Virus record (IMG/VR): IMGVR_UViG_3300037195_001443
Location: 1-50,755 of that record
Origin: a virus
Taxonomy: Duplodnaviria; Caudoviricetes
DNA: 50,755 nucleotides
Reading direction: 5' to 3' (one strand)
The first letter of the stretch is position 1. The number at the start of each line of letters is the position of its first letter. The notes under the pieces were generated by a model. The model was not told the DNA's origin, did not search any database, and saw nothing but the letters and a program-made list of their open reading frames with translations. The position numbers and the translations under genes were made by a program. This document shows positions 8,943 to 19,500 of this stretch, one piece after another.

Positions 8943-11900
8943 ATGCCTCTTCTTCCTCCAGTTGCTCAAAAATATTCTTGGCATCCTCTATTACGGAGTC
9001 TTGGTCCAGAATTGCCAGAAGATATAAATAATTCAGATAATGAATATTTTCAAGTTCAGTTTGATTCAGGATTCGGCTGGGGTGAAGGCGAAGATAGATT
9101 CAATCTGTGGGAAAATTATCTTACTGGTGTAAATCATATAGTAAAAAATGATCATGGGGCTGATTTTAGTGAAAATTTAAATTCTACAAGTGGTTTTACA
9201 TTAAATCGTGTCAAGGCTAGTGAAGATATAAATATTTATAATAATTTGTATTCTGTTGTTAAGAATAATATGGAGAGGAATACTAATTGGCTACAGAATG
9301 TACCATCAGTAAGAAGAGATCAAACTATTAAATACTGGACTAATAGGCTTTTTTCTGCTCAAAAACATGTTAATGAAATGATACCTATGGATCAAGTGTC
9401 TGATGAAGCTAAGGATGCTTTAAATGATTGGACCAACCAATATTTTGGCGCAATGGAGTCTTTGATATATGATACTTCGGTTGCTGAATATAATCAGTTT
9501 AGAGATGCTAAATTTAAACATGGGCATGCTTTAAGTGAGGGGTTTGTACAGTTTAAAAGCGGTATAGCAGAGGGTCTTCCTGCTTTATTAGATAAGGATT
9601 TTGTTAGTCCAGTATGGCATAACTGGACGGAAGGTATAAAGAAAGAAGCTGAACAGTTATCCCGTACTCGCGCTGGTGGTATTTACGAAATGACTACAGA
9701 GGATGTTTGGAATAGTGATAATACTGATGCTTGGGATGTTTTGGCTACTGTTTGGTCCCATGCTGTAACTAGTGCGCCACAACAAATTCCATCTGCTGTT
9801 TCAAGTGTTATTGCTCTTAGTAGTAAATCTTCTCCAGCTGGCTGGGCTCTTAGTGGTCTTGGTATGATAGGGGCTCTTGGTACGGGGCATGTACAGGAGG
9901 CTGGTGGTTTTTCGCAAGATATGCAATCTGAATATAATACCCTAAGAAGTAATGCGATAAATGATAAAATAGCTGTCAATAAAGGTGAGATGCCTGAAAA
10001 AGATTTTCGTTCATTATATGGGTTACAGAACGGTAAGACTGCTGACGAGTTAAATGATGAAGAAATTCTTGATATGTCAAGAAGCCTTGCTAGGAATTAT
10101 TCTAATTATGCTACTGGTCTTGAAGTTTTAAATACTGTTGGGGATATTGCTCTTGGGAGACATATAGCTTTAGCAAGACAGGCAATGGGACAGGCTCCTG
10201 AGATTGCAGCTAAGTCATTTTTTAAAGCTTTTTGGAAGAAACCATTTATAAAAGATATAAGTCTTGAATCAACTGGTGAAGGTTTAACTGAGTTATTGCA
10301 AGAAACTGTATCTGAATATAAGAAACATACAGCATTGCCAGATTATGATATGTCTACGATCCAAATTCTTGAATCTGGAGCTATTGGAGCTGGTTATGGA
10401 GCGTCATTTGGCGGTATACATCAATTAATAGATAGACCAGATACTCCAAAACCTAGTAGTGCAGAAGCTCAAGCCAGGGTATCAGAAAGGCTTGATAAGT
10501 TTCGTCATAAAGAAGTAGATGATGCAATTATTGTCGGATTGCATGTTTCGCCAGCAACTTGGATGGAAGATGTTGGAAGAGAATATGATATGTCTATAGA
10601 AGAAGTTGAGGCAAGGGCGGCAGAATTGAATCTAAATCAAATTGACATTTCACGTAAGTCGGCTGCCAGGAGATATAAAAATAGTAAGAAAGATTTATTT
10701 AGTGTCTTTCCAGTAACTCAGGAGGAGGGTTATGAATCTCCTTTTAAAAAGAAAGATTTAAAATCGGATGGACTGGACTTTTTAGATCCAGATTATGATC
10801 CAACTATGGATGTAGATAATCCAGATCATTCTAGTGGTCTTGATGAATCTTTATATTCTGAAATTCAGATATATAAACATGAGAGATTGCAGTTTGAGGA
10901 AGAATTACGAGTAATAAATGAAGCATTAAAAAATCCAGATCCAAATGTTCCAGGGAATACTAGACCTGAATTGGAGGCTGCAAAAGCTGATTTATTGAAG
11001 AGAATTGATTCTTTGAATAAGATAATTTCTGGTGGTGCTATTGGTAATAAAAAAAGAAGAGCTAATAATGTAAAGAAAAAAGCTAAGAAATCTGATTCTG
11101 CTGGGGTTGTTGGTGAGAGGGTGACTTTAAAGACTCCAAAGCTAAACAATACTAAAGGGGAAATAATAGCTATTGATAAAAAGAATCCTAATTTGCTTCA
11201 TGTACAGACTGCAAGAGGAATTAAAAAGATATTAGCAAGTAATGTTGTATTTAAGAATGAGACAGATGCTATAAAGGCTTGGAGAAAAAAGTCTAAAAAA
11301 GATAAGAAAAAGTCAGGTGATAATTATCAATTAAAGAATAATCTTATAACTGCTTTAAAAGAGAGTGGTTTAGATGATTCTGTATTTTCTAAGGCTTCTG
11401 TTGATGAACTTATTGCTATTGGAAAGGAATTGCCAAAAGATAAAAGAAGTCCTCGTTTACAGGCTATTCTTGGTAAAAAGGTTACTAAAAGGAAAGCTCC
11501 TTCAAAGCCAGGGTTGTCTAAAGATGAGAAAGAAGATTTAAAACTTCTAAAAGCTGAACTTAAAAATGTAGAGGGTGAATTAAGTAAACCGAATATAAAG
11601 AAAAAGAGAAAGAAGGCATTAGAAAATTCAAAGAAGTTAATTCTTGATGGGATTGAAAAATTAGAGGGTAAGGCTCCTACTCCATCGCCCGTAACCAATA
11701 TTAATCCAGAGACAGGTAAGCCATTTACTCGAGTAACGGGTATTATAGATGCGTTTGTACATACAACAGACCCTGAAGAGGAAGCAAGGGAAACAGATTT
11801 AAATACTTTACATGGTATAAAAGATAAACCAGGAATTCCTAAAGAAAATAGGGATATATATAATAGAGTATTCGATGAAAGAATGGAAGAGCTTACTGGT

Positions 11901-14900
11901 GAGACAGAAGAAGCCCCAGTGCAAGATGATGATGGTGCAGTAAAACGTTATGAAAAAATGTCGAGTTTTAATCTTACGCTTGAAGATGTAAAGGCTGATT
12001 ATAAAGACATATATAAAAAAGAATTGGAAAAAGGGGAGATAACCCAAGAAGAAGTAGATCGAATGGCTAAGGGTCACTATGAAGAAGTTCAAGAAGAATT
12101 AAAAGTATATAAAGAGAATCCATTAAAATATTTAGAGAATGAATTAGAAAGTTGGTCTTTTTACCAAGAAAAGAACAAGGATGAAGATTATTCCAGTAAT
12201 ATTGAAATTGTAAAAAATGCTATAGCAGAGCTTAAAAAAACTAAGACGGCACTTCCTGCTGAAGATGTGCCAGGAAATGCTGTTGAGTTAGATAAAGACT
12301 ATATTAAGAAAGCAATGGCAAAAGCAGGGAAAGGTAAGAAAAGAGGAAAAAAAGGAAAAAAGGGGAAAGGAAATCTTAGACCAGATGAAAAAGGCAATAT
12401 TGCCAACAATACAACTGGTGGAGTATTAGGAAGTCTTTTAGAAGATACCGATAGAAATGATTCAAAAGTATCAATGTCTGAAGAAGGGGAAGTAACCCAT
12501 TTAATAACTGGAAAGGCTAAGAAGAAAGTAGATAGGTTTTTTGAAGCAACCTGGGCGCATGTGAAAAAGGCTAAGGGTTTGACCGATATGCAGTTCAGAT
12601 CATATTTTGATGAAATGCAACCCTATTTTGATAAAACTCCTTTTGGAATAAATTTTAGACAATGGGGCGAGCATAAGATTGCTGGCGGAGTTGGACAGTA
12701 TGTTTCCGAGGTTATTGGCACTATTAGGCGTGCTGGTGGCAATTTAATGGGGATAGGTGAGTATAATGCTATAAATGCTGTGTTACAGGAAGATTTCTAT
12801 GATGCTATTGAGTTTGCAGAAGGATTAAATGTTCTTGAAAGTGAAATAGAGCAGGGCGGTATGGATGTTAAGAGCTATTCCAAGATTGCTAAAACCTTTT
12901 TTCAAAAGTATGCGTTTAATATTACTCCAACAAAATTGAGGTATATGTGGAAGACTGCTGAACAGTATGCAAATGATTCGCGATATACTCCTAGTCAATC
13001 ATATATTAGATGGCTTGATGGAATATCTTCTCATGAATTTCTTGCAAATGATAGAGGTGAAAGTGTAAGTGAGTTTATAAGTAGAAATCAAAGAGGCAGG
13101 GAGTTTTTAAAAAGGTTCTGGGTTTCTATACATCCTGATAATGTTGGAACTGCCAATAAAGGTAAAAAGGGTGAAATAGTTGAATGGGAAGCTGCGTATC
13201 ATCCGCCTATTTCTGGCGATCCTGAATTAATAGGGACCAAAGAGGCTGAGGAGTCTATAAAAAAGTTTAGAGCTACTAAAGAAGAAAGTCTGGATGGGTC
13301 CAGCAGACCTGAAGTTGGCACTAAGAGATTGTTTACTCGTTTTATGCCAGATATGCCTTTTTCAATAATGAGCGTAAAAGACCTTTTTGATATATCTATG
13401 GGTTTTAAGGGTTTTTGGAAAGGGCCTATTAGAAAGAAGGTTTATAATTTTATGACCAACCCGCAAATGCTCAATTTTTACAAGTTTAGATTTATAAAGA
13501 AAGGGTTGGTTCCGCTGGCAAGTAGAGGTGAGAATGGGAGAATGATTTTTACTTCTGTTGATAAAGATATTGAATCTGTTTCATCTAATAAAGATGATCT
13601 TGCAGATTATCTTTGGTATGAATTAAAAGATCAAGGTTATTGGGATATAGAAAATAGTAATGAACCAGAAGATATAGCTAGAAGAGAGAAAATTGAGAAT
13701 CACTTTAAAAATATTGAGAGTAAAAAGAATCTGGATGAAGCTGAACAATGGATGCTCAGAAATGTATTTGATGGAAATTATGTAAAATATCGCCAGCATT
13801 GGATTGCTAGGCATAATGCTTTTGTTCGCTTGTTCGGTACAGAATATATTTATATGAAACCGTCTGAGTTGATGTATAGAATAAAGGTCCCCTTTACTCC
13901 AGTATTTACAAGTCCTACTTTACCTGACAGGAAAGTTATGTACTTTAAAACTGGCGGTGCCAAGATAAGATATTATTATGAAGGGAAGATGGTACAGGAA
14001 AGGGATCTTGTTCAGGATTTGGATGGAAAAATGCAGTATATAGGAGATGGGCAAACATTAACTTCTGAAATTGTATTTGTTGAAGAATATCCAGAGCATT
14101 TTGGAGCGCATTCAAACTCTAAACGGGCTAAAACAGTACATTATAATAATGATGGAAGGAATAATATTCATATAGGCAAGCATCAGGAAATGACTCTTGA
14201 TATTAATAGGGATGAAACTGCTGATATTGTTGATTCTGATGGGAATGTTATTGCTGTTTTTAAGAGAGATACTAATGGAAATCTAAATATCTATCATCCA
14301 AATGATACTACAGAAGGTAATCATATACATTATTTAATGAGCGATGATGAGGCAAAGACTCCTGAGTTACGTAAAGGCAGTCCTTATAATGAGGTTGTTG
14401 AACTTCCTGGAAAAAGTGTTGGAATGGTGCTTTATACTCCAAATAATATGAAAACAGTCAGTCAGTTCTCTGCCCAGTTATCTTATCATTTTGATGATCT
14501 AGGTTTTCAGGAATTGTTAATGAAGGAGTTTGTATTAGGTGAAGAACATTATTTTTCTCCTAAGAATATATGGAATAGGCTTCTTAATTATAATAAGAGT
14601 GCTGAAGGAATTAATGGTCTTATTAGTGAATTTGCCTTAAAGCATTTTGATGTTATGCCTCAGAATATAGAAGAGCTTGGTAAGCTTGGTGCTGGTAGAC
14701 ATCCTACTACAATGAGTTTCTTAAGAGAAGTGTTAAGAAGTAAAATGCTAAAACCAATTGCTGATTTTAAGATGCGTGGGACATATGGGGATTTTCGTGC
14801 TGATTATAGGGGTAGAGTATCAGATGATGAAGTTATAATTGGGTCAGGGAAGTCTCTTGTAAACTTTGTTATTGAGCAAATGGGTGCAAAGAAAAAGGTA

Positions 14901-16580
14901 TATAACAGCTGGGGTCATAAACTTGAGGAGATGAATCGCTGGCTGGCTAATAATAATCTTCGTGTAATGATAGTAAGGCATCCAGTAGCATCCAGTATGG
15001 GTTTTGGGGTATATAGGGTTAAGGAAATAGATTCTAAGATTGGTGATTCTTTTATAGTGAGTCCTAAAGAGGTTAAGGAAAGATTTGAGGGCGATCAGGA
15101 TCATGATACTGGACATATTGTATTTCTTACTAATGATATGGCAAATCAATTGCAAAGTTATCAGCAAAAAACAAGAGGTTTAAATCTTCAAAGATTTGAA
15201 AGAAGGGAAAGAAATCCTGACATTGCCAGCTTAGCATGGGGGATAGATTTAATTAGGGAAATGACTTATGGTGAGAAAGCTATTGGTGAGGTAGCTAATG
15301 TTGGCAGATTTGCTGGATTATTGAATCAGATGATGTCAGTAGATGATGGATTTAAGTTTAAAGATGGTGCTGGGAATGAAACAGAAATTAAGGTAAGAAG
15401 GCTTGATGATGTTGTTGAGGACCATGATATGCGACTTAAGACAGGTGGTCATTTTAAAGGGACATTAAGAGAATTGTTAAGAATATATCTACAGGCAGCA
15501 GTTGATCATCCTAAAGTATTATTATTAAAGGATTGGAATTATACTCAGGCAAAACTTTATTCAATGGTATTTTATGATACAGCCCAGGCTCACCGCAATC
15601 TTGATATGGAGAGTGATGGTACAGTAAATGCAGATGGTGTAAAAATAATTAGAACTTTAAATGCTGGATTTATTAAGCCAATCTTGAAGATCAATTCTAA
15701 AGTAGATAATCAAAGAGATGCGGTTACTGGTTCAATAAATTTTAAAGATATATTTGATTTATCTTCTGATTATCATGCATTTGTTCTGGATAGAAATGGG
15801 GTAGTCGCTCAAGAAATGAGTGGATTTAAAAAGAGATGGGAAGCTAAAATGGCTAATTATGGAAAAGATGCTGATTATTTTGAAAATTATATGGAATTAA
15901 GTGATGTGAATATATCGGCAGGTAAATATCCAATTTCTTTACAGGAAATGATTACTGTGGCGTTTGATCAAATATTGACCACTTCCAACACTCCAAGAGA
16001 TCGCTGGTTTGACGTTCCTCATGATGTTAGTAGTGCTGTTCATCCAGTTGCAGTTAAAGACATTACCGAAATGGTTCTTCCAGAAATAAGTAATATAGAT
16101 CAGGACACTAATTGGCGTCATGCTCTTGGATATGCACAGCAAATGCAGAATGAATTGTATGCGATGGTTAATAAAATGGAAAGAACTGGCAGAAAGGAAA
16201 TGCCGTTTATTGATAAATTAAATCCTAAGACATGGGATTATGCTCCAGAGTTTATTGAGTTCTTTGAGAAATGGTCTAAAATATTTGATAAATTAGATCC
16301 GATACAGAGAAAGGTTGCGACCATTGCATTTTTAAATGGAATGGTAATAGAAAGCAATGTTACTGGTAAGAGAAACTCTAGAAAAGATTTAAGAATGATA
16401 CCTCCAATAAAAGAGGAAGGTTCAACTACTCTGGACCCAGATATAATGAGTATGTATTTTGAAAGATATAATGAAGTACTTGATAATATTTATTCAGATA
16501 AAACTCTTCTGAAAAAATATAAGAAGATGGGTAAATTTCGTTCTATTAAAAAATTAAAGAAGGCATTTGGTTGTGGGTAA
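8943..16580 (+). CDS. Giant internal virion protein containing a single-chain two-barrel (DPBB) RNA polymerase; putative virion RNAP
   Basis: Ordered motifs YIGDGQTLTS (D1702), GKHQE (K1746), DDEAK (K1805), VMIVRHP (R2012), FEGDQDHDTGHIVF (D2051/2053/2055), AIGEVAN and LQAAVDHPK (D2188), collinear with the beta/beta', QDE-1/RDR and crAss-like RNAP cores. Confidence 0.85.
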   Translation: MPLLPPVAQKYSWHPLLRSLGPELPEDINNSDNEYFQVQFDSGFGWGEGEDRFNLWENYLTGVNHIVKNDHGADFSENLNSTSGFTLNRVKASEDINIYNNLYSVVKNNMERNTNWLQNVPSVRRDQTIKYWTNRLFSAQKHVNEMIPMDQVSDEAKDALNDWTNQYFGAMESLIYDTSVAEYNQFRDAKFKHGHALSEGFVQFKSGIAEGLPALLDKDFVSPVWHNWTEGIKKEAEQLSRTRAGGIYEMTTEDVWNSDNTDAWDVLATVWSHAVTSAPQQIPSAVSSVIALSSKSSPAGWALSGLGMIGALGTGHVQEAGGFSQDMQSEYNTLRSNAINDKIAVNKGEMPEKDFRSLYGLQNGKTADELNDEEILDMSRSLARNYSNYATGLEVLNTVGDIALGRHIALARQAMGQAPEIAAKSFFKAFWKKPFIKDISLESTGEGLTELLQETVSEYKKHTALPDYDMSTIQILESGAIGAGYGASFGGIHQLIDRPDTPKPSSAEAQARVSERLDKFRHKEVDDAIIVGLHVSPATWMEDVGREYDMSIEEVEARAAELNLNQIDISRKSAARRYKNSKKDLFSVFPVTQEEGYESPFKKKDLKSDGLDFLDPDYDPTMDVDNPDHSSGLDESLYSEIQIYKHERLQFEEELRVINEALKNPDPNVPGNTRPELEAAKADLLKRIDSLNKIISGGAIGNKKRRANNVKKKAKKSDSAGVVGERVTLKTPKLNNTKGEIIAIDKKNPNLLHVQTARGIKKILASNVVFKNETDAIKAWRKKSKKDKKKSGDNYQLKNNLITALKESGLDDSVFSKASVDELIAIGKELPKDKRSPRLQAILGKKVTKRKAPSKPGLSKDEKEDLKLLKAELKNVEGELSKPNIKKKRKKALENSKKLILDGIEKLEGKAPTPSPVTNINPETGKPFTRVTGIIDAFVHTTDPEEEARETDLNTLHGIKDKPGIPKENRDIYNRVFDERMEELTGETEEAPVQDDDGAVKRYEKMSSFNLTLEDVKADYKDIYKKELEKGEITQEEVDRMAKGHYEEVQEELKVYKENPLKYLENELESWSFYQEKNKDEDYSSNIEIVKNAIAELKKTKTALPAEDVPGNAVELDKDYIKKAMAKAGKGKKRGKKGKKGKGNLRPDEKGNIANNTTGGVLGSLLEDTDRNDSKVSMSEEGEVTHLITGKAKKKVDRFFEATWAHVKKAKGLTDMQFRSYFDEMQPYFDKTPFGINFRQWGEHKIAGGVGQYVSEVIGTIRRAGGNLMGIGEYNAINAVLQEDFYDAIEFAEGLNVLESEIEQGGMDVKSYSKIAKTFFQKYAFNITPTKLRYMWKTAEQYANDSRYTPSQSYIRWLDGISSHEFLANDRGESVSEFISRNQRGREFLKRFWVSIHPDNVGTANKGKKGEIVEWEAAYHPPISGDPELIGTKEAEESIKKFRATKEESLDGSSRPEVGTKRLFTRFMPDMPFSIMSVKDLFDISMGFKGFWKGPIRKKVYNFMTNPQMLNFYKFRFIKKGLVPLASRGENGRMIFTSVDKDIESVSSNKDDLADYLWYELKDQGYWDIENSNEPEDIARREKIENHFKNIESKKNLDEAEQWMLRNVFDGNYVKYRQHWIARHNAFVRLFGTEYIYMKPSELMYRIKVPFTPVFTSPTLPDRKVMYFKTGGAKIRYYYEGKMVQERDLVQDLDGKMQYIGDGQTLTSEIVFVEEYPEHFGAHSNSKRAKTVHYNNDGRNNIHIGKHQEMTLDINRDETADIVDSDGNVIAVFKRDTNGNLNIYHPNDTTEGNHIHYLMSDDEAKTPELRKGSPYNEVVELPGKSVGMVLYTPNNMKTVSQFSAQLSYHFDDLGFQELLMKEFVLGEEHYFSPKNIWNRLLNYNKSAEGINGLISEFALKHFDVMPQNIEELGKLGAGRHPTTMSFLREVLRSKMLKPIADFKMRGTYGDFRADYRGRVSDDEVIIGSGKSLVNFVIEQMGAKKKVYNSWGHKLEEMNRWLANNNLRVMIVRHPVASSMGFGVYRVKEIDSKIGDSFIVSPKEVKERFEGDQDHDTGHIVFLTNDMANQLQSYQQKTRGLNLQRFERRERNPDIASLAWGIDLIREMTYGEKAIGEVANVGRFAGLLNQMMSVDDGFKFKDGAGNETEIKVRRLDDVVEDHDMRLKTGGHFKGTLRELLRIYLQAAVDHPKVLLLKDWNYTQAKLYSMVFYDTAQAHRNLDMESDGTVNADGVKIIRTLNAGFIKPILKINSKVDNQRDAVTGSINFKDIFDLSSDYHAFVLDRNGVVAQEMSGFKKRWEAKMANYGKDADYFENYMELSDVNISAGKYPISLQEMITVAFDQILTTSNTPRDRWFDVPHDVSSAVHPVAVKDITEMVLPEISNIDQDTNWRHALGYAQQMQNELYAMVNKMERTGRKEMPFIDKLNPKTWDYAPEFIEFFEKWSKIFDKLDPIQRKVATIAFLNGMVIESNVTGKRNSRKDLRMIPPIKEEGSTTLDPDIMSMYFERYNEVLDNIYSDKTLLKKYKKMGKFRSIKKLKKAFGCG

Positions 16581-19500
16581 ATGTAAAAGTTTAAAAGATT
16601 CACAGATAGAATTTGCTGAGTCTATAGAGGCTGATTCTAAATATGTAGAAGGCATACGTGATGAATATGGTGCGGATGGTGGTAAGGAAGAGTTTGCTGG
16701 ATTCTTTGGCGCACTGACTGATACGATAAATGGGATAATAACAGGAACGGTAAAGGCTAATTCTCCTGCAGAGCAATGGCATATAAGGATGGAAACTATT
16801 GATAGAATGGCTGATAGCTATTTTAGCAATAAAGATGATAAAGAAAAGGCGAGTATTATTACGAAGTTAATGGCTTTGTCTGCTGAAGATCCTGGAATGA
16901 AAGCTGCTATAGATAATCAATTACAGGAAAATATTCTTTCATTACCCTATGAAGATCTTTCTAGAAGAGGAACTCCAGTAAAGTTTCATGAAGGTACTGG
17001 TAAGCCTATATTAGCTACATTGCCGTTACCAGAGCTTCGTAATATTATGAGATGGGTTCAAAACGACTTACAGCCAGATGGCCCCAATTATGGAAGGCTT
17101 GGAAATGCTCTATATTTACAATTTTCACTATCTAAAACTGCATTGGGGAGAATACCTAGTAAGGCTGTAATTAAATTTAAAAAAACAATAGCGGATTGGA
17201 GAAATAGATTAAATGGAGAGGTAAATACTTATTTGTCGGGTATTGATGTATCAGAGGATGAAGATAATTTGCTTGTGCATCCTGAAACTGGTGTAAAGCA
17301 GATAAACGTATTAAAAAGAAGTAAAGCTGGCATTAATCAAGTTATGACTAGTCTTAGAGAGGAAATGGCTCAAGGTTTAATGAATAATGGTCAGAATATG
17401 ATTTCTGAACCTGATGAAGTATTCATTATACTTCGTGACTTGATGTCTGGTAAAGCATTTTTCCGACAAGATGGTGATCATTTTGGTGAGGTCTGGATGT
17501 ATGAAAGAGAGGCACCTGTAGGCACATATGAAAATGGTGATTATATATTTTCATGGGTAGGTAAAAAATTTAATATGAAGAAGGAAAAAGAATATGGTAC
17601 AAGTAATTATGTTTCTCCCTATATAACAAGTACTGGTAAACATTTAAAGTTTCAGCTAAAATATAAGAATGGGCCTATGGCTGAACATATGGATTCTATA
17701 ACTCAGCATATTGATCGTATATTGCTGGAATTTGGTGAAAATACTGTCGCTCAATTAGATATGGCTCAGAAAAGATGGAATGCTTTAAATATAACGCAAG
17801 AAGGGGACAAATTTGTAGTTAATGGTAAAGAGATTAATATTCCAGGAAGTATGGTTGGTGAACTTTCTCAGTTAATAGAAACTGATGTTGGTGACGTAAA
17901 AGGAACAATGGAAAGACTTGATGAGGAAGGTAGACCAGTAACTACAGAAAAAAGAAATCAATTACTTAGACTTAAAGAAAAAATATCTCCAGAGCGTAAT
18001 GATTTAGTAGATAAAGATGGTAATAAGATGAAGACTAAGCATTATAAAAGATATTCTCCTATATTGTATTTTAATCATCGTATACCAGTTATTATAGAAG
18101 AAGTTTTAAATAATCTTAATGCGGAAATAGAACTTCTTCAGGAAGGTGCTGATTTTAGATCAGGTAATAGTTTAAAAGACAGGCGAGCCAATACTGACCG
18201 CTTGATGGAATATAGAAAATATAGAGATGATATACAGGCTCAAATGGATAAAAATCTGGGATTGCTGGAGGATGCTCCTTATGAAAGTGATGACGAGCCT
18301 AAAGTATTTGCACCATTTGAGAAACATTTTAAAAAGGTAACTCACTTAGTGCCGTATGAAGAACGTAGAGCAGATTCTGGAGTCTATCAGGAATATTTTC
18401 GCAGAGTATCAACTAATATTATTAGAATGAATATGATGATGGATGCTATTGATGGATTGGTTTCTATAGATAGTCCAATTATGCAGGAATATATATGGAA
18501 TAAGTATAAGGTAGCATTTGGTCAAAGCGATGCTCACGGACGAATGGGCGGATTTAGATTTTCCACTCAGGATTTAGCTAAAGTATTACCATATGTTAAT
18601 GCGGATCAATTAAAAAAGATTCTGACAAATATAAAACAATGGCAGGTATTTGCTACATTAAGCGGACCATTGACTGGTGCTATGAATTTAGCAGCTATGA
18701 TAAGTAAAATACATGAGGTTGGTGTAGACTCATGGCATGATGCTTTTATTACATCTCAAAAACCAGAAAGCGCAGAAAGAATATTGAGAAGTGGTGTATT
18801 GTCATTTCAGGATATAATTGAGAATCATTTAATGATTCATGCAACAGAACAAGAAATTTTATCTTATAGAGAAACAGTAAATGAAATACGGGAAAAAGTA
18901 GCAAAATATAAGAATGAAAATGATCCAGAAGCTATTGCTCAAATGGATAGGATATTATCCAGGGTAAAACAAACAAAGAAAATAACTTGGCTTCGTAGTC
19001 TTGCTACTTGGTCTATAAAAGGTGAATTTCTCAAGTTACCACATATAGATCGTGGTCCTACACAATTTATAAAAAAGATTGCTAACCTAAAAAGGTATAT
19101 ATCTATAGATTGGTCAGAAAAAATAATAAGGTCAGTATCTTTTCAAATAGGTGCTAAACAATCAGTTAGGGCTGGTGCAGCTACAAGTATGGATGATCCT
19201 GTTGCTATAGAATGGGGTAAGAGATATATGGATTTGACTGATTACCATCTTGGCGCAGAGAATATGGGTGATTGGTTTGGGAATGATGCTATGCAGTTAT
19301 TGAACCATGTTCGTATATGGAGCAATCAAAGATTTGCTTATGGTAAGGATTCTGTGAGAGATGCTTTAAGAAGTGCCAGCGTGCCTATACAGGACCCAAA
19401 GAACTTTGCAGAAAAAATGGTTAATAGTTCTTCAAGAGGTTATGAGTTTACTAAGGCATTATTTAAGGTGGGAATGCCATTTGGTTTAATGGGGGCTGGC

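Noticed and set aside
9683-16142. Antisense ORFs inside the giant gene (and similar shadow ORFs elsewhere)
   Set aside because: They are reverse-frame shadows of strongly coding genes, with no RBS or motif support
8943-16580. T7/N4-type right-hand virion RNA polymerase
   Set aside because: The motifs match two-barrel polymerases (RxP…DxDxD); I did not find the T7-type motif set (DxxxxG, RxxxKxxxxxxxYG, HD)
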